Of a stretch of 57,495 bases of DNA, positions 29,961 through 38,727 are shown piece by piece. Positions within the stretch are counted from its first letter, which is position 1; each line of letters begins with the position of its first letter. Origin of the DNA: Bacteroidota bacterium (lineage in GTDB: Bacteria; Bacteroidota; Bacteroidia; Chitinophagales; S012-47); the NCBI GenBank assembly GCA_024276745.1, contig JAJRWN010000120.1, forward strand, positions 1-57,495, given 5' to 3'. The position numbers were made by a program, and so were the translations under genes. The notes beneath the pieces are model-generated. The model did not search any database. It worked only from the letters and a program-made list of their open reading frames with translations, and was not told the DNA's origin.

Positions 29961-31373
29961 ATGCGAAAATATTTGATTTTACTATTCACTTTTTTATGTA
30001 CACAAATGCTAGGTGTAGCACAAACAGGCTACCATATTAGCATACATATTGATGGCATGAACGATTCAACCGTATATCTGGCTCATCATTATGGCAATAT
30101 GCAAGTCATGGACGATACGCTTCTTTTGGATTCAAAAGGAAATGGTGTATTCAGTGGGGATAACAAGCTTGCAGGTGGTATGTATATGATAGCCCTTCCA
30201 CCCGATAATCATTTTTTTGAGTTGGTCATTGATGATGATCAGGATTTGTCATTATCTACTAAAGAACCGGATTTGGTTGATAATATGCTTATTAAAGGGA
30301 GTCGCGAAAATAAGCTGTTTTACGAAGATCTTCATTTTATAAAATCAAAAAGAGCGGCTTATATGCATGCCGTTGACAGAAAGAATGCACTTGATCCTGA
30401 AGCCGATTCACTAGCTATTTATGAAGAAACGCTAAAAGAAATTGATTTGGATGTAAGAACACACCGGAGTCAGTTTGAAAAAGATTATCCCGATTTGCTA
30501 TACACCAAGATTTTATTATCGACCCCCGACCCTGAAGTACCCGAACCGGCAAGAGATTCGGCCGGAAATCTAATTGATTCGTACTACGTCTATCATTATT
30601 ATATCAATCATTTTTTTGATAATTATGATTTTACTGACCTCAGGCTTTTATATACTCCTGTCTATCACCGGAAACTTAATGATTATATCAATAAATGGAC
30701 AGTTCAATATCCGGACTCCATCATAGTAGCTATTGACCGGGTACTTGCCAAGGCAAAAGAAAATAAAGAAGTATTTAAATACACGGTTGCTTATATGCTT
30801 AATAAATACGCCAGTAATAAAATCATGGGTATGGATGCCGTATATGTTCATATTGCCGAAAAATACTACTTAAGCGGAGAAGCCGATTGGGTAGATGCCG
30901 ATCAACTTGAAAAGATAAGAACAGATGCTTTAAGTTTGAAACCCTTGTTATTGGGAAAAGTAGCTCCCAACGTAATCGTAAAAGACCGCAGCGGTAATTG
31001 GCAAGCTTTACACGACATTAAGGCAAAATATACGATTTTATATTTTTGGGATTCTGATTGTGGTACCTGCCGGAAGGAAACCCCCAAATTGTATGATTAT
31101 TATGAAAAAGTAAAGCAAAAGGATGTTGAAGTTTTTGCGGTTTCCATTGAGTTGATACGCAGTAATTGGGAAACTTTTATTGACGAACATAAACTTACCG
31201 ATTGGATCAATTGTATTGACGATAAAGAAGAAAGTAACTTCAGGTCGATTTATAATATTAAAGGTACTCCAATCATATTCCTGCTCGATAAGGATAAAAA
31301 AATCATTGCAAAACGTTTGAATGCTGAACAAACTTTTCAGTATCTCGATCGCTTGATGAAGGAAGACCAATAA
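29961..31373 (+). CDS. Exported TlpA/AhpC-TSA-like thiol-disulfide oxidoreductase with a large N-terminal domain
   Basis: 470 aa with a signal peptide. The C-terminal thioredoxin fold carries ILYFWDSDCGTCRKETP (CxxC) and IKGTPIIFLLD (cis-Pro loop). Confidence 0.8.
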   Translation: MRKYLILLFTFLCTQMLGVAQTGYHISIHIDGMNDSTVYLAHHYGNMQVMDDTLLLDSKGNGVFSGDNKLAGGMYMIALPPDNHFFELVIDDDQDLSLSTKEPDLVDNMLIKGSRENKLFYEDLHFIKSKRAAYMHAVDRKNALDPEADSLAIYEETLKEIDLDVRTHRSQFEKDYPDLLYTKILLSTPDPEVPEPARDSAGNLIDSYYVYHYYINHFFDNYDFTDLRLLYTPVYHRKLNDYINKWTVQYPDSIIVAIDRVLAKAKENKEVFKYTVAYMLNKYASNKIMGMDAVYVHIAEKYYLSGEADWVDADQLEKIRTDALSLKPLLLGKVAPNVIVKDRSGNWQALHDIKAKYTILYFWDSDCGTCRKETPKLYDYYEKVKQKDVEVFAVSIELIRSNWETFIDEHKLTDWINCIDDKEESNFRSIYNIKGTPIIFLLDKDKKIIAKRLNAEQTFQYLDRLMKEDQ

Positions 31374-31395
31374 AGTCAACAAAGTGTTTGAGTGT

Positions 31396-31884
31396 TTATT
31401 TTTGGGGTTTAAATTTCAAGGAAGCCGAATTGATGCAATAACGTAGCCCGCTTGGTGGCGGCCCATCGTGGAATAAATGACCGAGATGGGCATTACAGCG
31501 ACTACATAGGATTTCGGTTCTTATCATGCCAAAAGAAGTATCTTTCTGTTCAAGAACGGCACTGTCGTTAAAAGCCATATAAAAACTTGGCCAGCCTGAT
31601 CCTGATTTGAACTTATTGGCTGAGCTGAATAAAATCTGCCCGCAAGCATAGCATACATAATTACCTTCACCGGTATAATTCCAAAATGCATTATGAAAAG
31701 CAGGCTCGGTGGCTCCTTCCCGGGTGATTTTATATACATTTTCCGGCAATTCGGCCTTCCATTCTTCATTGCTTTTTTGCACTTTTCCTGATTTATTACT
31801 TGTGTTCATTTGCGATTGAGATTGAGTACATGAGCTTAGTATTAAAAGCAAGATAAAAGATATTTTAAAGAATAAAGTCTGCAT
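31396..31884 (-). CDS. msrB: Peptide-methionine (R)-S-oxide reductase MsrB, exported/lipoprotein form
   Basis: It has CYACGQ...[10 protein letters not shown] (Zn site), GSGWPSF and GLRYCINS (catalytic Cys). The likely start is Met19 of the track ORF, at 31884, giving [19 protein letters not shown] (lipobox). Confidence 0.88.
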   Translation of the reverse strand: MQTLFFKISFILLLILSSCTQSQSQMNTSNKSGKVQKSNEEWKAELPENVYKITREGATEPAFHNAFWNYTGEGNYVCYACGQILFSSANKFKSGSGWPSFYMAFNDSAVLEQKDTSFGMIRTEILCSRCNAHLGHLFHDGPPPSGLRYCINSASLKFKPQK

Positions 31885-31968
31885 GTTAATTATTTTTCTT
31901 TTGCTATTAAAACAAAGTTTGAAACATTTTGTTTCCAAAAAGGCAATTGAAAATTACAAGCAAAATCT

Positions 31969-31976
31969 TAAATTTG
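31969..31976 (+). promoter_or_regulatory. Bacteroidota-type -7 box (TAAATTTG)
   Basis: Matches TAnnTTTG, 17 nt upstream of the ATG at 31993. Confidence 0.5.
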
Positions 31977-31992
31977 TCGAAAACAGAAAAAT

Positions 31993-32538
31993 ATGAAGAT
32001 TAATAAATCTACCGGGTTAATAATGATTTTGATTTTGGTGGTTGCTTTAGGAAGACTAATCAGCTTACCTATTCCCAATTTTGCCCCTATAGGTGCAATG
32101 GCATTATTTGGTACGGCAAAAATGAAGGATAAACGATTGGGCTTTATGGTGCCTTTGGCTGCATTATTTATCAGTGATGTATGCTTGCAACTGATCAATG
32201 CAAGTGGTTTTTACAGTACCATGTTTTTTGTTTACGGAGCCTTTCTTTTAATTGGAGTAATCGGTTTATTATTAAAAAATAATGCTTCACCGCTACGATT
32301 GGGTATAGCCGCATTGACCAGTAGTATTGTATTTTTTTTCGTTAGCAATTTTGGTGTATGGGCTTTAGGTGCCTCTTATCCGGGTCAATCCATCAGCTTG
32401 TTAGCTACTTACGAACTGGGCATTCCATTTTTCCGCTATACTTTGATGGGCGATTTGTTTTATGTTGCCGTTTTGTTCGGTGCTTTTGAACTAATCAGCA
32501 AGCGATTTTTCAAAACGGCCGCAATACAACATCATTAA
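31993..32538 (+). CDS. DUF6580-like integral membrane protein (ECF S-component-like fold?)
   Basis: 181 aa with about 5-6 TM helices and an N-terminal RLISLPIPNFAPIGAMALFG. The family is recalled from memory only. Confidence 0.4.
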   Translation: MKINKSTGLIMILILVVALGRLISLPIPNFAPIGAMALFGTAKMKDKRLGFMVPLAALFISDVCLQLINASGFYSTMFFVYGAFLLIGVIGLLLKNNASPLRLGIAALTSSIVFFFVSNFGVWALGASYPGQSISLLATYELGIPFFRYTLMGDLFYVAVLFGAFELISKRFFKTAAIQHH

Positions 32539-32615
32539 TTCGCCTTGCACCGGAGGCAAGCCAATGCCGGGTAGTTTGTTATTTTTACTGATTGCTGCAT
32601 GCTAAATTTCAGGGA

Positions 32616-33092
32616 ATGGAAAATGATAAAACACATGAGCAAAGGAATGTTGTGCTTACCCGCCAATACCGGATAATATTATTCCTGTTAGTCGCCACTT
32701 TTTTTATTTACAACACGGCCGTATATACTATTGGGACAAGAAATAATCTGCCTCCTATGAGCAAAAAAGCGATGCAAGGCGAATTGCTCTGGCAGAAAAA
32801 CAATTGCACCTCATGTCATCAATTATATGGTTTAGGTGGTTATTTGGGCCCCGATTTAACTAATGTGATTTCGGCCGATGGGAAAGGCCCAAACTATGTG
32901 AAGGCTTTAATGGTCAGCGGCATAAGAGCCATGCCCGTTTTTAACTTTTCTAAAGAAGAACAAGATCAGATTGTAGCCTTTCTGAGCTGCATTGACAGTA
33001 CCGGATATTTCCCAAATCATAATGCCAAATTACATTTTTCAGGATGGGTAGAGCTGGAATATAAAACCATATACACAGAGAGCAATGAATAA
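32616..33092 (+). CDS. Membrane-anchored monohaem cytochrome c (CcoO/NorC-like)
   Basis: It has an N-terminal TM helix, a single CTSCH haem-binding motif, LGGYLGPDLTNV and AMPVF (candidate Met ligand). The track start at 32592 is TTG, and the ATG at 32616 is more likely. Confidence 0.75.
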   Translation: MENDKTHEQRNVVLTRQYRIILFLLVATFFIYNTAVYTIGTRNNLPPMSKKAMQGELLWQKNNCTSCHQLYGLGGYLGPDLTNVISADGKGPNYVKALMVSGIRAMPVFNFSKEEQDQIVAFLSCIDSTGYFPNHNAKLHFSGWVELEYKTIYTESNE

Positions 33093-34413
33093 ATCATTTT
33101 CCATTCGCTTTGTAAGTTTTGGTTTATTAGCATTGCTCATAGGGATGTTAGCAGGCATACTGATTACTATTCAATATCTGAATCCCGGATTTTTAAAAGC
33201 CTTTTTACCCTTCAACCATTTAAGAGCCGTCCATGTAAGCAGTGTTGTTTCATGGATTATTTTAAGCGCTGTAGGTAGTATTTACTTCTATATTGAGCAT
33301 GATCAAAATAATAAAATTTTCAGTAAGAAATTACTCCAAATTCATTGGTACATATACTTATTCACGGGTCTTGCCATACTTTGGTCATTGTTTAGCGGAT
33401 ACATGGGAGGCAGGGAATATCTTACTTTTGCTCCAATATTAATCATTCCCATTTTGGCCGGATGGCTATTAATGAGTGTCAATTATTTCAAAACGCTATT
33501 GAATCAGGTCAAAGGGTGGCCGGTTTATTATTGGATGTGGGGTACGGGAATTGTATTTATGACCTATCATCTTTGCGAGTCTAATTTTTGGATATTTTCT
33601 CATTTCAGACATCATTTTATTCGTGATCTTACGGTTCAATGGAAATCCTACGGCTCTTTTGTAGGTTCCTGGAATCAATTGGTTTACGGTATTGCTATTT
33701 ATCTGATGGCACGGCTTAAGGGAGATGAGCATATCGCTAAATCCAAAACCGTGTTTTTCTTTTATTTTCTCGGTCTTTTCAATTTAATGTTCGGATGGGC
33801 ACATCATGTTTATATTGTACCAAACCGTCCTTGGATACGAATGATTGCTTATGCTGCCAGTATGACGGAGTGGTTGGTGCTCGGTTCTTTGATTTTGGGA
33901 TGGATAAGAACGTTTACTAAAGCCGAGAAACAAAATAATATGCTCCCCTTTCGCTTTCTCGTTGTCACCGATATTTGGATCTTTCTAAATGTTTTATTAG
34001 CTATTATTATCAGTATCCCGGCTATTAATTATTATACCCACGGCACGCATATTACCGTAGCTCATTCTATGGGTACTACTATTGGAATCAATACTTCCAT
34101 CCTACTCTCTTCAATTATGTTCATTGTTTCGAGATTAGACGCAAACTGTCTTCGAAAGCGGCAAAAGATTATCAGCATCGGCATGCTCTTATTTAATCTG
34201 TCACTATTTGTGTTTCTGGCCTGTCTTATCCTGGCCGGATTGAAGAAAAGCGATATGATGTATCATCAGGAAGCTGTTTATTTTGCCGATATGTTTAAAG
34301 CGATTACCCTATATATTTGGGGATTTCTTATTGCCGGAATCACGCTTTATATCAGTATCTTGCTGATGACAATACCGCTTTTCAGAATCCTGTTGCGTAA
34401 TTGTCGTTCTTAA
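33085..34413 (+). CDS. Haem-copper oxidase superfamily subunit I-like protein (divergent; C-type oxidase / NO-reductase-like)
   Basis: 442 aa with 12 hydrophobic segments. It has LRAVH50 (TM2), GWAH240H241VY (TM7) and THITVAH327SMG (TM10). Its start overlaps the stop of the cytochrome c gene by 8 nt. Confidence 0.65.
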   Translation: MNKSFSIRFVSFGLLALLIGMLAGILITIQYLNPGFLKAFLPFNHLRAVHVSSVVSWIILSAVGSIYFYIEHDQNNKIFSKKLLQIHWYIYLFTGLAILWSLFSGYMGGREYLTFAPILIIPILAGWLLMSVNYFKTLLNQVKGWPVYYWMWGTGIVFMTYHLCESNFWIFSHFRHHFIRDLTVQWKSYGSFVGSWNQLVYGIAIYLMARLKGDEHIAKSKTVFFFYFLGLFNLMFGWAHHVYIVPNRPWIRMIAYAASMTEWLVLGSLILGWIRTFTKAEKQNNMLPFRFLVVTDIWIFLNVLLAIIISIPAINYYTHGTHITVAHSMGTTIGINTSILLSSIMFIVSRLDANCLRKRQKIISIGMLLFNLSLFVFLACLILAGLKKSDMMYHQEAVYFADMFKAITLYIWGFLIAGITLYISILLMTIPLFRILLRNCRS

Positions 34414-34429
34414 AAAAAATCAGGCACTA

Positions 34430-36427
34430 TTATTTAAAATAATATCTGGCTCCCAAGGTAAAATTTCTGGCTTTTGATGAAAAGCCGTAAATACTTATCA
34501 TCTGTTGATTGAGTATATTATTGATAGATCCAAATAATTCCAATCCTTTATCGAAACGATGATTTACATTTAAATCAATGAAGGAATAAGCAGGTAAAAT
34601 CATTTCTGAACCTGTATTCCAATCGTAATGATAACGGTCTCCGGTATAGGAATATCGTAAGGCAATATTGGTAGCTTGCTTTACATTATAGTTGATATAT
34701 GCGGTGTATTGTCTGCGTGGAACCCGGTAAAAGCCGGCTGAATCGTCTGTACGCATAAAAGTAGCTCCTGCTCCTGCTTTTAAATGGCTCAATACCGTCC
34801 AATCGAAATAATACTCCATCCCTTGAACTACTCTTGACCCCCCGTTTTCATATCCATTCAATCCGAAGATTATTCGATTTGATTCGTTACGGTTGAAAAC
34901 TGTAGCACCAAGCTCCAATAAATCATTGGCATATAACACCAAACCACTTTCATAGTTTAAAGAAGATGCGGCAACAAGAGCCGGATTGCCATAGATTGAA
35001 TAGAGCTGATAAAGAGAAGGTGCTTCGAATGAAGTGGAAGCAGATATAAAATATTTTAGTTTCACTTTATTATTAAAGCGAATCAGGTAAGACGGATTGA
35101 ACGACCATACAAAATGCCTTCCATAATCACTGTGAATATTTAATCTGGCACCGGCAGAAAGATGCAAACCAAAGCCGGTAGAAAGCAAGATATTGGTAAA
35201 AGGGTCGAACTGCATATTTCCTGCATTGGCAGGCAATATCACTTCATTGCCAACCGGAAGTCCTGCCCGGCTGCTTGTCCAATCGCCATAGGTAGTGTTT
35301 TCAGAGCCATAACTCGCCTTTTTAAACAAAACCCCACTTATCGTTTTGATATGCTTTCCAAACGATATTTTATTCGTCCATTCCATTTGAATATCCGATC
35401 CGGTATAATGGCTGCGCGTAAACCCATTCAAATAGCTGTACAAAGGTGGAGAGGCAAGATATTCGCTGGAGTCATTATTGTCATAGCGGCTTATATTATT
35501 CCATGAAATATTAAGGGCAGATTCACCTCGATCGAAAGTCCATTTTGGCATCAAATTTATAAGCCATGCCCGGCTCGAATAGCTTCTGTTTACATCATCG
35601 CTAAAAGCACCGTTATCAATCGAGGCCCGGTAATTATCGAGTTTAAGCATAGCGGAAATATCAAAATGCTTGTTGATGACATAATTGAATTTTGAAAGTA
35701 CATTTTGTCTCATCAAGGCATCTTTATCAAAATTCCGTAAAGGTATGCTGAACGATGAATCAATGAGTGGCGTTGAATTGCTATCGAAAGCTGCACTGAA
35801 TCCTCCGGTACCATAAAACGACATATTTACCAGATAGTTAAAATGGTTTGCGCTACCGTTGATATTCAAATTAGCTGCCAGTGTACGATAGGAACCGGCT
35901 GAAATTTTGGCAATGCCCTGAAACGGCTTATCGGCTGCTTTCTTTAGCGTAATACTGATTACCCCGGCAATGGCATCGCTGCCATACAAAGTGCTCATAC
36001 CGCCTTTAACAATTTCAATCGATTCAATATCGTCAATATCCAATTGCCGGAAATCGAATGCACTGCTGATATCAGACGGATCGTTGACAGGAATACCGTC
36101 AATAAGGATTAAAATTTGTCCATTTTTTCCACCACGTAAATAATAACTCAGATTGCTACCTTCCGCTGCATACGAACCGTCAATATGCAGGCCGGGGATT
36201 TCGCTAAGAATTTCTGCCAAAGTTTTTCCGGCATGCCGTTCCAAGTCTTTTGCACTTATCCGGAATACACTTCTACCGTCTTCTTCTTTTAATAATTTAA
36301 ACCTGGTAGAGCTGATGACTACTTCAGCAATTTGATGATTGTCGTTGATCAGGCTGTCTTGTCCTGAAAGGTTTTGAACCATGCCTGCCGAAAGGCAGAG
36401 CGTCAGAAAAATAAGTTTTTCCCGCAT
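34430..36427 (-). CDS. btuB: TonB-dependent receptor, BtuB-like (cobalamin/corrinoid uptake inferred from the upstream riboswitch)
   Basis: Its plug carries VVISSTR, EILSEIPGLHID, YLRGGKNGQILILIDGIPVNDP and IEIVKGGMSTLYGSDAIAGVISIT, followed by a beta-barrel. The track start at 36454 is TTG, and the ATG at 36427 (MREKLIFLTL...) is more likely. Confidence 0.8.
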   Translation of the reverse strand: MREKLIFLTLCLSAGMVQNLSGQDSLINDNHQIAEVVISSTRFKLLKEEDGRSVFRISAKDLERHAGKTLAEILSEIPGLHIDGSYAAEGSNLSYYLRGGKNGQILILIDGIPVNDPSDISSAFDFRQLDIDDIESIEIVKGGMSTLYGSDAIAGVISITLKKAADKPFQGIAKISAGSYRTLAANLNINGSANHFNYLVNMSFYGTGGFSAAFDSNSTPLIDSSFSIPLRNFDKDALMRQNVLSKFNYVINKHFDISAMLKLDNYRASIDNGAFSDDVNRSYSSRAWLINLMPKWTFDRGESALNISWNNISRYDNNDSSEYLASPPLYSYLNGFTRSHYTGSDIQMEWTNKISFGKHIKTISGVLFKKASYGSENTTYGDWTSSRAGLPVGNEVILPANAGNMQFDPFTNILLSTGFGLHLSAGARLNIHSDYGRHFVWSFNPSYLIRFNNKVKLKYFISASTSFEAPSLYQLYSIYGNPALVAASSLNYESGLVLYANDLLELGATVFNRNESNRIIFGLNGYENGGSRVVQGMEYYFDWTVLSHLKAGAGATFMRTDDSAGFYRVPRRQYTAYINYNVKQATNIALRYSYTGDRYHYDWNTGSEMILPAYSFIDLNVNHRFDKGLELFGSINNILNQQMISIYGFSSKARNFTLGARYYFK

Positions 36428-36549
36428 TACTTTTAGTTTTAAAAGGTTAAACAAAAATGCGAGGGAAAGTAAAATAAGGTAAGTATGGAAATAAGATAAT
36501 GTCCAAACACCCTTTCTTCACCTTTCACCCGAAAGTATTAGAAACATAA

Positions 36550-36748
36550 TGACAGTGGCAGGTCTTCTGGCTTACTTCCTTCCGGAAAACATATCCGGAA
36601 ATAGTGTTTCGGGCCTTCCCGCTCCGTTTAAGGAACAGTGGCAAGGTAGAAACAATATAAAAAGAAGCTTACAGCAGCGGGGACTGCTCCGGATTTTCAC
36701 CGGATTCCCTATTATGCCTGATGATGAATCATCAATAGCACCACAGCA
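36550..36748 (-). promoter_or_regulatory. Cobalamin (B12) riboswitch
   Basis: The minus strand reads AATAGGGAATCCGGTGAAAATCCGGAGCAGTCCCCGCTGCTGTAAGC ... TTGCCACTG ... GGGAAGGCCCGAAAC ... AAGCCAGAAGACCTGCCACTG (B12 box at 36557..36572). It sits between a -7 box and the receptor start. Confidence 0.85.
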
Positions 36749-36753
36749 TTTTG

Positions 36754-36761
36754 CAAATATA
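36754..36761 (-). promoter_or_regulatory. Bacteroidota-type -7 box (TATATTTG) driving the riboswitch-btuB transcript
   Basis: The reverse complement of caaatata matches TAnnTTTG, immediately upstream of the riboswitch 5' end. Confidence 0.5.
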
Positions 36762-36790
36762 AAATAAGATTTTTTTAAAAAACAATTATT

Positions 36791-37537
36791 TTATAAAGGT
36801 GGTGGATAAGTGACTTTATTCCGTAAAGGATCGGAGGAAATCCAACGTTTCAATAAAAAAACTCCTGTATAAAAAAAGGGCGTATCCAGTAAGGCAAGGG
36901 CCGCTTTAAACAGATATTGACCGATGACTATTTTTTTCCAAAGCAACCAGTCAATAGGCACTGTTTTCGAATTAGCATCAAGCAATGGCCATAAATACAA
37001 AGCAACAGTAACAACCACCACGGTATCAAGCATTTGGCTTAGCATGGTTGAAGCATTATTTCTAATCCATAAGTATTTTCCTTTGGTCAATTTTCGCCAA
37101 AATTCAAAGACTCTAACATCAAAAAACTGCGCACTCAGATAGGCCAGCATGGAGCCGAAAACAATACCGGGCATCAGTCCAAATACCATGTGAAACGATT
37201 CCTGATCAACCGGTGAACGGTCATAAATAAGTGCCCGGTTTGCCAGTATGACAATTAAGGTTACAAATACACTAACCAAAAACCCTGCTTTCACTAATAA
37301 ATTAGCTTTTTTGAGTCCGTATATTTCAGAAATCAAATCGGTAATCAAAAAAGTAATCGGATAAGCCATTATGCCGGCCGATAGTGGATAGCCGAAAAGC
37401 AGGAAAAATTTACCGGCTATCGCATTGGTCATAACTAATGCACCGATAAACAGAGCAGTCATAAACATATAAGCCATTTCTGCCCTGCTTATTTTTTGAT
37501 GACGAAAATTTTCAAAAAATTCAGTCTTCTTCGTCAT
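36791..37537 (-). CDS. yhhQ: Queuosine-precursor transporter (YhhQ / VUT, DUF165 family)
   Basis: 248 aa with 6 TM helices and PITFLITDLISEIYG plus a LDTVVVV-type motif. Confidence 0.75.
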   Translation of the reverse strand: MTKKTEFFENFRHQKISRAEMAYMFMTALFIGALVMTNAIAGKFFLLFGYPLSAGIMAYPITFLITDLISEIYGLKKANLLVKAGFLVSVFVTLIVILANRALIYDRSPVDQESFHMVFGLMPGIVFGSMLAYLSAQFFDVRVFEFWRKLTKGKYLWIRNNASTMLSQMLDTVVVVTVALYLWPLLDANSKTVPIDWLLWKKIVIGQYLFKAALALLDTPFFYTGVFLLKRWISSDPLRNKVTYPPPL

Positions 37538-38042
37538 CTTTTATACTTGATTGCTTTGCATTTGGCTCTGCTTTGTCATGAATGCCCCAATGCGGAAAAA
37601 ATTTACCCGTTGTTAAAGCATAGTCAGCGTATTCAGGATATTTTTTAAACAATTTACGTTCTTCATAAGATGATTTTAGTTCAAAAAATAAGAGTAAAAC
37701 AAGCGCTAATAATAGTTTTACCAAATTCATGGAATATAAAGCATAGCCAAATGCAGCCTGGATAATACCCGAATAGATGGGATGTCTTAGCAGTTTAAAG
37801 GCACCGTTTGTAATCAGTCTTCCTGATTCGGTAGGTGTAGGGAAAACCGATATAAAAGGCAGAAGCTGAAAGATTCCCCATAGAAAAATTATCGCACCCA
37901 GGCACATGGGAACGATACCCAGAATTTCAAAAGTTTTGTTCAGACTTTGTGTAAGAAAATCCGGTTGATAGAAATATAAAATCAATAAGATTAATTGAAT
38001 GATGACCAGCAAATAATCCACTATATTCTTTTGAACTTTCAT
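37521..38042 (-). CDS. Isoprenylcysteine carboxyl / phospholipid methyltransferase-family membrane protein
   Basis: 173 aa with 4 TM helices, TNGAFKLLRHPIYSG and EERKLFKKYPEYADY. It overlaps the yhhQ start by 17 nt. Confidence 0.7.
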   Translation of the reverse strand: MKVQKNIVDYLLVIIQLILLILYFYQPDFLTQSLNKTFEILGIVPMCLGAIIFLWGIFQLLPFISVFPTPTESGRLITNGAFKLLRHPIYSGIIQAAFGYALYSMNLVKLLLALVLLLFFELKSSYEERKLFKKYPEYADYALTTGKFFPHWGIHDKAEPNAKQSSIKDDEED

Positions 38043-38097
38043 TATTAAGCAATTTATTATTGATGTTTAAAACATGATGATACTATTAAAACAAGCC

Positions 38098-38727
38098 TTA
38101 AGATGGCTCTATTAACATTGAAGCGGCAGCAAATCGCCTGGAGTTTTTCAATAATTTCAATAATCCCGATAAGGCCAGAACGATAAGGGCGATAAACAAA
38201 AATTGAAAAAGCTGGAATGAAGTTGTGCTCATGGTATCATCGTTATAGGGCAATGTAGCCGATAATCCATAGCTAAAAATCACTCCCATCATGCCGGCAT
38301 AAAACATAATCAGGCCATTTTTCAATGCTTTGCTTATGGGTTCAAAAGTGTCCGCATACCATTTATTATCTGCTTTGTTAATAATTTTTGAGAACATCAA
38401 ACCGGGTGCAAATAAGTTAATGACCGGTATGATAAAACTAATAAAGGTATTGGCAGGATTTACCTGATGTTTAAATCCGTTCCGGTCTATTTCCAACAAC
38501 CACAGATATGCCCACAGCCCCATAAAAAAAGCATTCATTTCGATAAGATAAACCAAAATCGACAAAAGGTTGTCGCGGTATTGGTTGAAGGATAAGCAAT
38601 GAAACAAATCATTTTTTGTATTAAAAAAATAGAAAGCCATCATCATGTAAAGGAGTAATGCGGCCAGCTCTATCAGAATCGTTACAAACATCAAGCGGTT
38701 CCAAAAAAGGGAAATCGAAGCTTTCAT
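38098..38727 (-). CDS. Hypothetical multi-pass membrane protein (DUF4328-like)
   Basis: 209 aa with about 5 TM helices and [22 protein letters not shown], reminiscent of DUF4328. Its start overlaps the fbp stop by 4 nt. Confidence 0.4.
   Translation of the reverse strand: MKASISLFWNRLMFVTILIELAALLLYMMMAFYFFNTKNDLFHCLSFNQYRDNLLSILVYLIEMNAFFMGLWAYLWLLEIDRNGFKHQVNPANTFISFIIPVINLFAPGLMFSKIINKADNKWYADTFEPISKALKNGLIMFYAGMMGVIFSYGLSATLPYNDDTMSTTSFQLFQFLFIALIVLALSGLLKLLKNSRRFAAASMLIEPS

Noticed and set aside
31396-31938. Possible selenocysteine or recoding in MsrB
   Set aside because: The catalytic position is a normal Cys codon (RYCINS), with no in-frame TGA.
36549-36767. 72-aa plus-strand ORF in the btuB upstream gap
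   Set aside because: It lies exactly antisense to the cobalamin riboswitch. Its openness is explained by the structured RNA, and it has no promoter or protein motif.
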